A stretch of 64,000 nucleotides of DNA from a virus (IMGVR_UViG_3300046008_000242:121363-185362); one strand, 5' to 3'. Shown: positions 20,403 to 31,332, counted from the first letter of the stretch. The notes: generated by a model from the letters alone, not told the origin. A program made the numbers and translations.

Positions 20403-21549
20403 TTATATACCTAAATCTAAAATTGCTTTGGCTAGTTTATACACCAAGAACTCATGCCCTTCCGTTGTAGGGTGAGTTCCATCAGAAAGCACATACAAGT
20501 CGCAGTTTCCAACGCCAGTTGTAGTACCGACTCTACCTGTACCTGTCAACCAAGAACCTGTTACTACGTTATCTGTGTTATCTCCCATGCTATCTATAAA
20601 ATAAACACCTTTACTATGTGATAAGCTCTTTAATGCGCTATTTAAACTAAGTCTAGTGGAGCGGCTTGGTGACCAAGGTGACAACACAACAATCTTTGCC
20701 GCCGCTTTCCCATTAGTCTTAATATAGTCAATACATAAACCTGCTTCATCGATGATTGCAGCGTCGGTATTCGCTGTATCGTTTATACCGTTTGCGATAA
20801 TATACACATCAGCGGAAATTAAATCGGCGGGCAGTCTGTCGCGTAATTTTATTTTTGGAGTAGGCGCGGCAATATATCCTGTTGCGCCTACACCTGATGA
20901 AAATATACAAGCCCCTAAGATTCTCCCTAGATTAGCGGCATACCCATCAACATTACTTTGACTTGAGCCACCTTCTGTAAAAGAATCGCCAAAAATCTGA
21001 ATGGTCGGGTTTGTATTAGCGAATTTACCAATTGAATCTGTAGGTGATATATTTATTCCACCGAAAAACGTATTGCCTGCACATTCAATAGTGATATGTC
21101 TGTTTGCTCTACTTCCTAAGTCTACAAGCGTGTAATAAAGGCTACCGTTTGACGGGTATGAAGTTGTCGATGTGCTTATAAGAAGTCCATCAACTAGAAC
21201 TCTAATCGCGGCAGACGAACCCATCCCCTTTGTGTAAAATTCAAATTGTTGTCCATCAAAAACAAAATCTATAGTAGTTTGCCTGTATTGAATTTCCATA
21301 ATTAACACCCTGAGCTTTGTAAAAATTATAGTCGGGATAAGTTCCTCCCGCAACCACCATCGGAGCTGATATTGAGAATACGCTCGAAGATGGAGGAATC
21401 AATACTTTGTTTGCGATAACACTGGCAGCACCCGCAGTACCAAGTGTTATTGTTCCGTAGCCGGACAAGGGTTTGATTGGGAACATTTTATCAAATAACT
21501 TAATATGGTTGGGTCTCATTATATAATGATTGATTAAATTTTTATTCAT
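20403..21549 (-). CDS. SGNH hydrolase-domain protein, split by a +1 frameshift near 21278 (ORFs 21256-21549 and 20403-21353)
   Basis: MNKNLIN start; 'IFGDSFTEG', 'GIND', 'DGTHPT'; removing one A restores YGNSIQATTIDFVFDG. Confidence 0.7.
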
Positions 21550-21622
21550 GTTAATTCCTTGTTAGAATGTATATTCTTTTATATGTACGGCAATACTTTG
21601 TCTTTTATGCTTATCGCAGCAG

Positions 21623-21916
21623 TTATTCTTGCGATTCCCACGCTAAAACAGGCAATTCAGCTTCAATTTCTTGCCATGTCGTAGCCGTTGAAGCGTAAAA
21701 TGCTTGCCACGTTGCATCGTATAGCATTTGGAATGTAAGGGCTTCTTGCTGCCATACTGGGTTTGTTGAACTAAGCAACATGGTGACTTCTTGAATATCC
21801 ATGTCTTTTTCTTTTGCGAATGCAATTAGTCTTTGTTCAACCAGCGTCGCAAGAGCTACATAGGCAGGTTCAGGTGCTGTAGGAATGTAATCGTCTGCTA
21901 AATATGTTTGTCCCAT
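21623..21916 (-). CDS. Putative tail-fibre assembly chaperone-like protein
   Basis: 97 aa ending 'IEAELPVLAW'; GGAG RBS; downstream of a fibre-like gene. Confidence 0.5.
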   Translation of the reverse strand: MGQTYLADDYIPTAPEPAYVALATLVEQRLIAFAKEKDMDIQEVTMLLSSTNPVWQQEALTFQMLYDATWQAFYASTATTWQEIEAELPVLAWESQE

Positions 21917-21928
21917 GTTGTATTCTCC

Positions 21929-22606
21929 TTAGCCGCAGGTTCTAAGTGTGACAGTGTAGCTAAGTAATTGTAGCGTGTCGGATGCCGTTCCTGCCGCTAG
22001 TCCTGACGTGACAGTCAGGTATTGGTCTGTGGTGTTTAATGGCGAAGGAATGGTTGTGGGGAAATCGATATTGTTAGTGTTGTCTAGCCATTTTCTTAGG
22101 GTTGTATTTGAGATAGACTCTAAAAACCTACGCTCATTTGAAACTCTGTTGGCGGCAGGTACACCGCCAATCGCGGAAACAATGGTGTCTGCGCCTGACG
22201 CGCTAGTGCCAAGTCTGTACCTAACCATGTTTGATGCAACAGGACTTGCTGTATTTGGCTTGCTGATATACGTTTCGATTAAAATTCTATCGCCAATTTG
22301 AAACAATCCCGCAGGAATTTTGCAAGTCGTTGCTGGTGAATCAATTAAAAGCGTGGTTTCGCCTGTAGCTGTTGCGCCGTTTATTGCCGTTTGCGCTCCT
22401 AACTTAATTACTGTTACTTGACCACCAACGGCTCTCCACCGCACACCATCGCTATACCACTCACTGCCACTCACTGCCACCCATGCCAATATCAGTGAAC
22501 AGAAATCTATCAACATAAGCCTTAACAGTTGTCGGGTCAGGGCGTTCAGCCCATGTGCGTATAAATAAACTTCTGCCTTCTGGAAAAATCGTTGTTGTTC
22601 CCATTA
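21929..22606 (-). CDS. Tail-fibre-like protein interrupted by a 10-bp tandem duplication (22457-22480)
   Basis: MGTTTIFPEG...FTDIGMGGSEW[dup]YSDGVRWRAVGG; one copy of GGCAGTGAGT restores the frame. Confidence 0.55.
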
Positions 22607-22999
22607 CGCACCCACCGTAATTCTAAGATTAGCGGCTGATAACGCTGATGCACCACCATACGTTGCACTTGAGATAATACAAAACACATACGCCCATTGC
22701 TGCGTTGACGTTGCGCCTGTCGTATCTTTAACAGCAGAACCAGCAGGTGACGCACCTAATACAGACGTAGCGAATTTAACGCCGTTGCCGATTGCAGGGG
22801 TAACTGATTCGTTACTACCATACCAATCAATTGTCACACTCGCCGTACCAGTACCTGTGAATGTGGCTGTTGCTTGAAGTGTGGGGTTTGATTTAGGTAA
22901 CGAAGTTGTAATTGAACTTATTGAACCAGTTGTGGTTGTGGAAAATGTTAATGGAACGGTTGTTCCTGAAATACTATTGACATTATTGTTTGCAATCAT
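22604..22999 (-). CDS. Thr/Ser-rich hypothetical structural protein
   Basis: 131 aa, overlapping neighbours. Confidence 0.5.
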   Translation of the reverse strand: MIANNNVNSISGTTVPLTFSTTTTGSISSITTSLPKSNPTLQATATFTGTGTASVTIDWYGSNESVTPAIGNGVKFATSVLGASPAGSAVKDTTGATSTQQWAYVFCIISSATYGGASALSAANLRITVGA

Positions 23000-23272
23000 G
23001 CAATCACCGCAGTTAATAAACCAGCATTTGAATTTACTACCAATTTATACCAACCATCTGTTAATGGATCTAATTGGTAAATTTCATTAGAAGAAATTGT
23101 AATCATATTAGAGAAAAATGTGCCATCTAATGAACCATATAAAGTTACATTAAATGTTGAAGTGCCATTAACCTGGATAAACGAGCATGTCCCACCTAAA
23201 AATTTAATGATTTCTTGACCATTTGTCGTCGATTCATTTTTTTAAGAAAAATGTTTTCATGTATATGTCCCT

Positions 23273-23626
23273 TTACTTGAGATTATTCAATTTATACAAT
23301 GTTGAATTGTTTAATGATTGGACTTCATCGATGATGTTTTGGATTTCAGAGTATTCTCCGCATTCTGCTCTATTCGAGTCTATCCATGAACGAACCGTTG
23401 TAATCAACATAATAGGGTCTGTTGGATTAGATACAGTTGGATATTGAGTGATAATTCCAAATCTACCTTGATGATTTTCGGCTAATGAATCCGCTAGATC
23501 GATAATAGAATTGTAGTATTCATCTAATGCTTTATGTTGTGCGTAAGAAGTTGTCTGGAGATGAGCCTGATGGGCTTTGTTTCTTGCATCAAATAACAAA
23601 GCAATTAATTGTGGCATTTTATTCAT
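23273..23626 (-). CDS. Ferritin-like four-helix protein (DUF5856-like)
   Basis: 'AHQAHLQTTSYAQHKALDEYY...LADSLAE..QG' motif common in T4-like phages. Confidence 0.65.
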   Translation of the reverse strand: MNKMPQLIALLFDARNKAHQAHLQTTSYAQHKALDEYYNSIIDLADSLAENHQGRFGIITQYPTVSNPTDPIMLITTVRSWIDSNRAECGEYSEIQNIIDEVQSLNNSTLYKLNNLK

Positions 23627-23674
23627 GGAAATTCCCTTAATGTATTAGTTTATATTATTTAATTAGAAAATATC

Positions 23675-23702
23675 TTTCGATGATTGAGATAACATTTATA
23701 AT
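23675..23702 (+). promoter_or_regulatory. Conserved phage early-type promoter (TTTCGA-N16-TATAAT family)
   Basis: TCTTTCGAtgattgaGATAACATTTATAATAGA; same motif at 39654, 45974, 46484, 56980. Confidence 0.7.
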
Positions 23703-23749
23703 AGAATTTAAGTTGGAATAATCTAACGAACTTAGAGGATAAATATAAC

Positions 23750-23959
23750 ATGAAACATTTTACAAACTTGAAAGAATTTGAAGAACAATTATCTGAATCT
23801 CAATTAGATTCAATTATGAAATTAATTGAAACTGATGGTTGTTCACACGATTTCCAAATCAAATTGGTTGATTTGTTATATAACATTGGTATCGTGTGGG
23901 AAATTAGTCAAGCATTATATGCGTCTAATTTTATCATGGATGCGAATATAGATAAATAA
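23750..23959 (+). CDS. Hypothetical protein
   Basis: 69 aa, GAGG RBS. Confidence 0.55.
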   Translation: MKHFTNLKEFEEQLSESQLDSIMKLIETDGCSHDFQIKLVDLLYNIGIVWEISQALYASNFIMDANIDK

Positions 23960-23986
23960 TATCATTAACATTAGGAATATAAAATC

Positions 23987-24457
23987 ATGAGTACATTTGA
24001 ACAATTCAAACAAATTGTTATGAACGAAATCGCTTTGGATCCATCGACTTCTATTAAAATGAAGGATAAGAAGATCGATCCAACTACATTTGGTGAAAAA
24101 TTTGGCGGATCTATTTTAACCAAACTTAAATCAAAAGAAATTAAATCTGGTAATGATTTAGGTAGATTGATGGGAGTCATCGAAGATTATGTTGACGAAG
24201 ATGATAATACGGATGCATATGTTAAGCAAACTGGTGGTAAGATTGTAATCACTTATCCGTTTATTTTAACTCCACCAAATAAAGAATTAGTGGATGATTA
24301 TACAACTGTTATGGACCTATCGCAATATAAACAATTAAAAGCTCATGTATCTGGTATGTGTTCTAAACATGAATACGAAACACCAGCTGAGGTTGGTGTG
24401 AATAAAAGATATGTCTGTATTACGTTCTATCCTAAACGATTACCTGAAGAAGATTAA
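23987..24457 (+). CDS. Hypothetical protein
   Basis: 156 aa, followed by a bidirectional hairpin at 24460-24494. Confidence 0.65.
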   Translation: MSTFEQFKQIVMNEIALDPSTSIKMKDKKIDPTTFGEKFGGSILTKLKSKEIKSGNDLGRLMGVIEDYVDEDDNTDAYVKQTGGKIVITYPFILTPPNKELVDDYTTVMDLSQYKQLKAHVSGMCSKHEYETPAEVGVNKRYVCITFYPKRLPEED

Positions 24458-24707
24458 AACAAAACCGATTAGAATGTTTTCTAATCGGTTTTTCTTTAGG
24501 TGATTTAATTGAAATTTAAAATATAATTCCAAAAAGTTAAATCTGAATCATTGATAATTGAACCTATGGGTGGAGTTTCTGAACCAATATATGCATACGG
24601 TTCAGAATTTGCTGTATTAAGATTGTTCACGAAGTTTCACGGTTACGAACGAATGTGGAGCAGATTTCTCTAAGAATCTTAATACATGGTATTTTGTTAA
24701 CAAATAA

Positions 24708-27503
24708 TCAATACAATACAAACTTCTCAGCAACTTTCTTATCGTTGACGTAAGTGTATGTTCTTTTCTCGTTAGACGAACCATCAGATTTACCAGTGGA
24801 CATAACCGTTTCTGTTCCATATGAAATGTGTATCCAATTCTGGTCACTACCTCTATATTCTAATATCAAGTGTTTCCATGTAGGTAAGGCTGCCTTGATA
24901 TCAAGAACCAAATTATACATCTGAGATCTTGATTTCTTAGGATCTAGACGCATATCCATAGCCCTACCTTTAAAATGGTCGGAACCAGTAATCTTACCTT
25001 TCTCGGATGCTTTAGTCCTCAATCCATCATTTACACACCAAGCTCCAGTTTGAGATTGACAAGAATATTTACCTCTTGATGGACCTAACATCTCATATAA
25101 CACTTCAGCTACATTCTCAGCCAAAAATGCTAGATTGTCCACTAGATCTTCTCTCTTGTATAAAATATGAGATGGACCTGTATCGGTTAATCCTTTTGGT
25201 AATAGGATATCTTGAGGCATGGCATTTAACGGAACAAATGAACCTAATGTGAAATTCTTACTTATCTTAAATGATAATGGAAATTCTTTACTATTCCTAA
25301 TTGACGTATGAATATCTGGATTAGACGTTGGTTTTGATACATGAGAAGGATCTTTTATTGTATCGGATAATCCTTTATCTTCATCAACCTTCTCATCTGG
25401 TTTAGCAGCCGAATCTGGAACTGGGGTTGGTTCTTTTGGTTTATCAGTTATATCTGGGTATGCAGCAGATTTGCGTTCTTGCATTTCTTGATATTGTTTA
25501 GACATATCATCCTCATTTTCAAATTTAGCATTTTCCTTTACATTACGTTCTGGTGCTTGCATAGGTTCCATTGGAGATACATTAGAAGATAAGATCTCAG
25601 GATATTTCCTATTGAAAGATTTTCTTTTGAAATTGCCATTTTCTGAAATTAAATTTTTGGAATCATCCTCGTCCCCTATTTTCACTGTAGAAATAGGATT
25701 GAAAAATATATCTGGTTTTTTGTATTTTGGTAATTTGACAGAAGGGGCTTCACTAGGACTAGAATCACTTGAACCTGTTCTATTACCAGAATCATGAGAA
25801 TGCGTCACGAATGGTTCTAACGGCAATTTACCATTTATATTAATAGCAGAACCTGTTAAGAAAATATCCCCTCCAGATTTAAGAGAAACAACATCATTAG
25901 AATTTAAGTGATAACTTTTACAAATATGGAATAAATTACTATCCGCATTTAGAATTATATCTGACTCTGATTTAATTGTGGTGGAACCAACGGAATTCAT
26001 ATTAATATCTTTATCCGTTTTAAATGTAATTCCTGCTGGAGATTCAAACCCTAAAATTCCTCTGGAACGATACGTATATCCACCATAAACCTTTTCTTCT
26101 TCTTTGGTGTCTGGTGGATTATTATCAACTGTTCCTGTTTCTAGATTATAATCTCCTCCAACAGATACATTGAAATTATTACCAACATTAAAATTTAAAT
26201 CATGAGCAACACCCACTGTAACGTCATGATGGAAAGCACAATTTGCATCACCATTCACCTCAAGATTAACATCTGAATTACATTTAATGTTAATCTGACC
26301 TTCCACCGTTAGATTACAAGATCCTTTAATATACACATATCCATTACGTTCCATTATACTGTAATTATCACCAATAATCTGATTAACGGTTGTTCCATTG
26401 GCGTCAATTTCCGTGAATGTACCAGAACGATGGAAATAATGTGTTCTTTCATTTCCTGGAGTATCGTCAATTTCAATTACATGACCAGATTCAGTTTCCG
26501 TGACTTTATTGAAAGGATATTGAGAAGAAATAGGTGATTTTGGTTGGTCGTATTCTTTTCCAAATGGTAAATCAATACCAACATTCCTGACAGAATCTTT
26601 AAATTCTATACATGTTCTTCTAAGTACACCTCTTGCCAATCTATTGGTGTCAGATTCATTCATGTATTCTCTTAATGGATACTTACCTTGTGGATCTGTA
26701 AATCCAACCTTGGAATAATTTGCATCTCGATTTTCTCTAAATGCCTCTTGTTTGTGAGTCGGCTCTCTTGTTATCTCTTGTTCTGTTCTCTGAGGTTCAG
26801 TATTACCTGCATCTTTGTTAGAAGGTTTTGGTGTAACAGTGGATTGTTCTGGTGGCATATTTGCTTCTTTAACTGGAGGTAAAGAAGCAAGTCCATCGAC
26901 GGTTGGTTTTGCACCAGAGCCTAACGATTTGAAAAATTCATATCTCTGACGTTTCTCATTGAAATTTTTATCCTTTGTTCCACTATTAACCTTCTGTTGG
27001 ACTATCGTAAAAATATCAGGACTAGATTGTATATCCTTTAATTTTGGTAATTTCATGAATAAGAATGCCACAACAATTTTCATCATGATATCATCATTCA
27101 TAACTTTATATGGATCGGCAATAATTCCTGGATCTACACCGTACACCTTAATGAATGATTTTGTTGTATCTTTATAAGTTGCCAATCCTGTTAATTGGAT
27201 AATACCTTTACCATAATATACCCATTGAGAAGCAGGCAATCCTTTACGAGTACAATATTGTTGAGTGAAATATGCTTGTTTATCATGACCAGAATATAAT
27301 TCTTCGATAGGTAAGAACCCAGATTCAACAGAACAAATACCCAATACTGCGGCCTGACAAACATCATTTGTTATTCCAGCTTCTTCTAACGCAATAACCA
27401 ATCTTTTTATATTTGCTAATTGTATCTGTTTAATGTTAGATTGTTTAGAATATCGTTTTGGTATTAATAACCCTTTTGGTAAGGTATCTGTATTGATTGA
27501 CAT
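24708..27503 (-). CDS. gp5: gp5-like baseplate spike part 2: GH19-like lysozyme + gp5 beta-helix + C-terminal M15-like peptidase
   Basis: 'YYGKGIIQLTG'; 'YPFNKVTETESGHVIEIDDTPGNER..HRSGTFTEI'; 'SDHFKGRAMD...WIHISY'; AAGGAG RBS before ATG 27503. Confidence 0.8.
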   Translation of the reverse strand: MSINTDTLPKGLLIPKRYSKQSNIKQIQLANIKRLVIALEEAGITNDVCQAAVLGICSVESGFLPIEELYSGHDKQAYFTQQYCTRKGLPASQWVYYGKGIIQLTGLATYKDTTKSFIKVYGVDPGIIADPYKVMNDDIMMKIVVAFLFMKLPKLKDIQSSPDIFTIVQQKVNSGTKDKNFNEKRQRYEFFKSLGSGAKPTVDGLASLPPVKEANMPPEQSTVTPKPSNKDAGNTEPQRTEQEITREPTHKQEAFRENRDANYSKVGFTDPQGKYPLREYMNESDTNRLARGVLRRTCIEFKDSVRNVGIDLPFGKEYDQPKSPISSQYPFNKVTETESGHVIEIDDTPGNERTHYFHRSGTFTEIDANGTTVNQIIGDNYSIMERNGYVYIKGSCNLTVEGQINIKCNSDVNLEVNGDANCAFHHDVTVGVAHDLNFNVGNNFNVSVGGDYNLETGTVDNNPPDTKEEEKVYGGYTYRSRGILGFESPAGITFKTDKDINMNSVGSTTIKSESDIILNADSNLFHICKSYHLNSNDVVSLKSGGDIFLTGSAININGKLPLEPFVTHSHDSGNRTGSSDSSPSEAPSVKLPKYKKPDIFFNPISTVKIGDEDDSKNLISENGNFKRKSFNRKYPEILSSNVSPMEPMQAPERNVKENAKFENEDDMSKQYQEMQERKSAAYPDITDKPKEPTPVPDSAAKPDEKVDEDKGLSDTIKDPSHVSKPTSNPDIHTSIRNSKEFPLSFKISKNFTLGSFVPLNAMPQDILLPKGLTDTGPSHILYKREDLVDNLAFLAENVAEVLYEMLGPSRGKYSCQSQTGAWCVNDGLRTKASEKGKITGSDHFKGRAMDMRLDPKKSRSQMYNLVLDIKAALPTWKHLILEYRGSDQNWIHISYGTETVMSTGKSDGSSNEKRTYTYVNDKKVAEKFVLY

Positions 27504-27504
27504 A

Positions 27505-28311
27505 TTATTCAACTCCTTGTAACATTTTATTTGGTGGTAAATTTGTATCAAAGAAATTCAATGCTGTATCTTTCTCGATATTTGCGTCCACCAAAGGAGG
27601 ATTCTCTGAATAAGGAAAATACATATATTTTTTTGCGTCAGAAGGATCTGATGGGTTTATATTAGAAAACATCTGAGAATCTACGTTATCCCATTTAGAA
27701 GGTTCATTCATATAAAAGATAAACATATTCAATGTTGTATCGAATTTACCAGTGAAATAAACAACACCAGAATTATCTAAATCAGAAGTCATCCTTATTT
27801 CATATATTGTATCCAATTCTGTTACAGGAACTTGTACCAATTTATAAAAATTGAGATGAGTTTCATTAGACTGTTCATCACTAGATAATCCTAGATTATC
27901 CGCCGCAGATGAATCCATCATCAGATCTAAAGCAGAACCAACAATACCGATAGTTGAATCTAATAATCCATCTCCGTCTGTAAATACAACACCTCCTGTT
28001 AATTCGGAAATTGTCTGCGCAGATTTGGTCATGGAAATACCGTACAACGTACCCATTACAAGAAATTGTTGGTCATAATCGTCTAAGAATGTACCATATA
28101 CTGTGGTTCCAGGAACAATACCAGTTGGAGATTGACCTATTCCCGAAATGGAACCAGAATAAACAGATCCACCAACGGGACTCCAAGGTAAATCTTCTGT
28201 GGGTAACACTTGTTTATCTTCCGTATGGTAACTGTAAATTCTTACTCTAACCCTACCTAATTCCAGTGGATCTAATCTATCTTCCACTACTCCAATTTTA
28301 ATAAAACTCAT
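27505..28311 (-). CDS. gp5: gp5 N-terminal OB-fold domain as a separate ORF
   Basis: 'GVVEDRLDPLELGRVRVRIYSYHT...LPTEDLPW...SGIGQSPTGIVPGT.V.G.FLD'. Confidence 0.85.
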   Translation of the reverse strand: MSFIKIGVVEDRLDPLELGRVRVRIYSYHTEDKQVLPTEDLPWSPVGGSVYSGSISGIGQSPTGIVPGTTVYGTFLDDYDQQFLVMGTLYGISMTKSAQTISELTGGVVFTDGDGLLDSTIGIVGSALDLMMDSSAADNLGLSSDEQSNETHLNFYKLVQVPVTELDTIYEIRMTSDLDNSGVVYFTGKFDTTLNMFIFYMNEPSKWDNVDSQMFSNINPSDPSDAKKYMYFPYSENPPLVDANIEKDTALNFFDTNLPPNKMLQGVE

Positions 28312-28314
28312 AAT

Positions 28315-29649
28315 CTATCCTTTGTTTAGATTCACAATCATTGAATCTTTAATTAGTTCCAATACGCATTCATGATATGTTCTATCTACATAATGTCTTA
28401 ATGAACAAATAATATAATCACCCGATAAACTACCATCTTTTAGATCCATATCATCAAAGTAAGTTGGTTCTTCTCTATAGATGTCTAAAGTCACCTTTTG
28501 ACCAACTGTGTAATCTGTCCTACCGTAAATGGTTATCTGAACTTTCATGGAATGAGCCAAAGACAAAATGGACATTCGTTTTTGGATTACATTGGAATTT
28601 GATATATTATGTAGACTACCATCAAAAATACCATTCATTTTAGGTACAGATAATAAACACGATTGATTAGAAGAAATGACCTTTTTCGATACAGAGGAAT
28701 ATGGATTTAATCTAACTGAATCTTCATAATGGTCTTTATAATCAAACGGTATAGAACGATAAGATTTTGTTGTTAGATTGTACGTAAACAGATTTGATGT
28801 AAATGCACCACCTCTAATCCTATCCATGTAATTGAATGCTTCTATAATCTTTAATTCAATTACATTTGAATAATTGCGTTCTATATCTCTAGTGGAACCA
28901 CCATCTGATGAGAAATTTCTATTGAAATCATTGTATGTAAATGTTCTGGTAGATTCTCCTGTATACAATGATTCTAATGAAATGAAATTCAATCCATTTT
29001 TATTCTCAAAGAATAGATAAGATGGTGTTCCAGGAACAACGGTTCCATCTGGTAATGTTCTATCTTTGGTCACAGCATGTTCAGTCAGATAATTCAGATT
29101 CTTTACAGGACTCCAGAAATTTGAAATGTACGTATGACCATTTTTTGTTTCTTCTATGTTGAATCGTTTTAATTGTTCTTCTGTGACTTCATCAGGTTTA
29201 CTTTGGTAAGATGAATACGTTTTCAGTATATCCGAAGCAATATGTGAAATTGATTTATCGTCAAATTTCTTGGATATCTTAATGTTTAGATCCAATATAG
29301 CTTCTTTGGAAACAAAATGTATAACATATCCCACTAATCTATTCTGTAGATATTCATAATCTGTTATCTTATAGATAGCAAATTTACCAGAAATTGAATC
29401 TTTATTCTGGTCTAATTCTGGGGTGACGAATAGTAACTCTAGGAATTCTTCACCGATAATAGGCATATTGGCTATCATACTTAGAGGATCTTGTACAACA
29501 ATGTTTCCTGTAATGAAAGGTGAAAACAGATCTTCGTATATATTGTAAGAAATCGCTTGATTCTGTATATCAACGTAATTGTTATCTTTTGTAATAAGAT
29601 AAGATTTCTTAATCTGAATTTCACCCGCATTTTTTAAATCGGAACTCAT
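28315..29649 (-). CDS. Baseplate hub protein (gp27-like position)
   Basis: 'IYEDLFSPFITGNIVVQD', 'YLFFENKNG.NF.SLE', 'GDYIICSLRH'; synteny between gp53 and gp5. Confidence 0.7.
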   Translation of the reverse strand: MSSDLKNAGEIQIKKSYLITKDNNYVDIQNQAISYNIYEDLFSPFITGNIVVQDPLSMIANMPIIGEEFLELLFVTPELDQNKDSISGKFAIYKITDYEYLQNRLVGYVIHFVSKEAILDLNIKISKKFDDKSISHIASDILKTYSSYQSKPDEVTEEQLKRFNIEETKNGHTYISNFWSPVKNLNYLTEHAVTKDRTLPDGTVVPGTPSYLFFENKNGLNFISLESLYTGESTRTFTYNDFNRNFSSDGGSTRDIERNYSNVIELKIIEAFNYMDRIRGGAFTSNLFTYNLTTKSYRSIPFDYKDHYEDSVRLNPYSSVSKKVISSNQSCLLSVPKMNGIFDGSLHNISNSNVIQKRMSILSLAHSMKVQITIYGRTDYTVGQKVTLDIYREEPTYFDDMDLKDGSLSGDYIICSLRHYVDRTYHECVLELIKDSMIVNLNKG

Positions 29650-30227
29650 AATAAATTCATCTCCTGGATTATAGCATCAACAATCGACTTAGGAATTATT
29701 TTAATCTTACGTTTCTCATCATTGATAAACGATTCATAATCATAATTGGTGACCCTATGGTCGGAAACATATTGTTGATATAGATTAAAGTTTTGTAGAT
29801 CTTCTTGATATGTTGGTGAATTTAAATCAGTTGGTTTATCAACAACTTCTGGGGTATCTATGATTACCTTAATCCCATTTATGGTTTTTTCATAATGATG
29901 CGTCTTGTATTCATTACCAACCCCATATTTGTCTGAGGTGAATTTGTATAAAGATTTAGATGAAATAGGAAAATCATTTAGATAATGGAATTTATAATTG
30001 ACTAACATGATTACCCAATGATAATATGGAGAATCATAAAGTTTCTCGGAAACAATCTCAGGAGTGTCATCGTTTTGTATAGTGTAATCTTCGAATGATG
30101 TTATATTGGCTTCCATCAATTTGCGTATTCTTACATTTTTTGAAATGTCTACAATGTTTATTGTTTTGACCGTTCCATCTGAAGAGACGAATGGATAATC
30201 AATTTTATTGAAATTATTAAAATACAT
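29646..30227 (-). CDS. gp53: Baseplate wedge protein gp53
   Basis: 'YTIQNDDTPEIVSEKLYDSPYYHWVIML.N', 'VTNYDYE..IND.KRKIKII'. Confidence 0.85.
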   Translation of the reverse strand: MYFNNFNKIDYPFVSSDGTVKTINIVDISKNVRIRKLMEANITSFEDYTIQNDDTPEIVSEKLYDSPYYHWVIMLVNYKFHYLNDFPISSKSLYKFTSDKYGVGNEYKTHHYEKTINGIKVIIDTPEVVDKPTDLNSPTYQEDLQNFNLYQQYVSDHRVTNYDYESFINDEKRKIKIIPKSIVDAIIQEMNLL

Positions 30228-30230
30228 TTT

Positions 30231-31268
30231 TTAAAATCCATAATCATTAATGGAACCACTATTTAATGTGGTCAATTCTTTAAATTCTAACGACATGTTA
30301 ATCTGGGATGGAGTTCCGTCAACAAATGTTGAAAAATTACCATTTGGTGCATAATCAACAGTCATACCCGTTAATACACAAGATGTATGTTTATGTACAG
30401 CAGTGTTTTCGTTTGCTCCAGAATAATACTGGATGTCAAATTCAGAAGGGAATACATATAAGAACCCGTCTGCATCTTTATAACTTGGATGCATATGAAC
30501 TTTAAACAAATTGATAATTCTCAATACATTTTCTGCTTCTGCTTCATTTTTTGGAGCAAATCTATATGAGAATGAGAATTGTCTTAAATCGACAGATTTA
30601 AAAATCAATTCCGTTTTTGGATTGATTGTGGTATTAGTTGCAGCCTTGAATTTATCGTTACTGTTTAATAATTTCATTTCTGCCCCAGCTGCCATAGTTC
30701 CAGCCAATGAATTTGCTCTATTTGGATCTATCAGGTCTAAACCAAATGTTAATTTAGTTAGATCGATTTCATCATAACTCACAGAATATCTAACTTGTAA
30801 CGCAGTTGGCATATGTAACACTACAGCATCTGTTATACGTTTTGTTGTATTGGTTTTATCTTTGACATTACTCGCCTGAGCTCCATCTACCGCAGCCTTA
30901 GTGTCCTTAGATGCATCTTCAGATGTTTTTTTAGGGGATCCGTCGCCTTCTTTTGGTGCATTTGGATCTAATAGATTGGCAAATTCCAACAACGTTTTTA
31001 CTACATTTGAATTTGCTATCTGGGGAATAGACATAGGGTTTCTAATGGCATCTACCACTATATTACTATTTGAAGCGAATTTAGAATTCTCCTGGACATT
31101 AACGAAAAACACTACATAGTTGTCTCCGTATTCTTCTGGATTCTTAATATCAGAAGGATACGAATATGATGAGATGTTATATTTAGAACCTTCTGAACCC
31201 ATCAATTGAGTGGAATTACCAGCAGCCGCATATGATTTTTTGGAACGTCTTTCTTGAAATGATGGCAT
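30231..31268 (-). CDS. gp48: Baseplate tail-tube cap gp48
   Basis: 'INPKTELIFKSVDLRQFSFSYRFAPKNEAEA', 'PSEFDIQY', 'CVLTGMTVDYAPNG'. Confidence 0.85.
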   Translation of the reverse strand: MPSFQERRSKKSYAAAGNSTQLMGSEGSKYNISSYSYPSDIKNPEEYGDNYVVFFVNVQENSKFASNSNIVVDAIRNPMSIPQIANSNVVKTLLEFANLLDPNAPKEGDGSPKKTSEDASKDTKAAVDGAQASNVKDKTNTTKRITDAVVLHMPTALQVRYSVSYDEIDLTKLTFGLDLIDPNRANSLAGTMAAGAEMKLLNSNDKFKAATNTTINPKTELIFKSVDLRQFSFSYRFAPKNEAEAENVLRIINLFKVHMHPSYKDADGFLYVFPSEFDIQYYSGANENTAVHKHTSCVLTGMTVDYAPNGNFSTFVDGTPSQINMSLEFKELTTLNSGSINDYGF

Positions 31269-31332
31269 TTATATATCCTCTTGTTTTGTATTATTTAATA
31301 CATAAATAACAATAAAACATGGAAGAAAACGA

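Noticed and set aside
27490-27560. gp5 split as a sequencing frameshift
   Set aside because: The downstream ATG has a well-placed AAGGAG RBS and a stop-start junction, consistent with two real genes.
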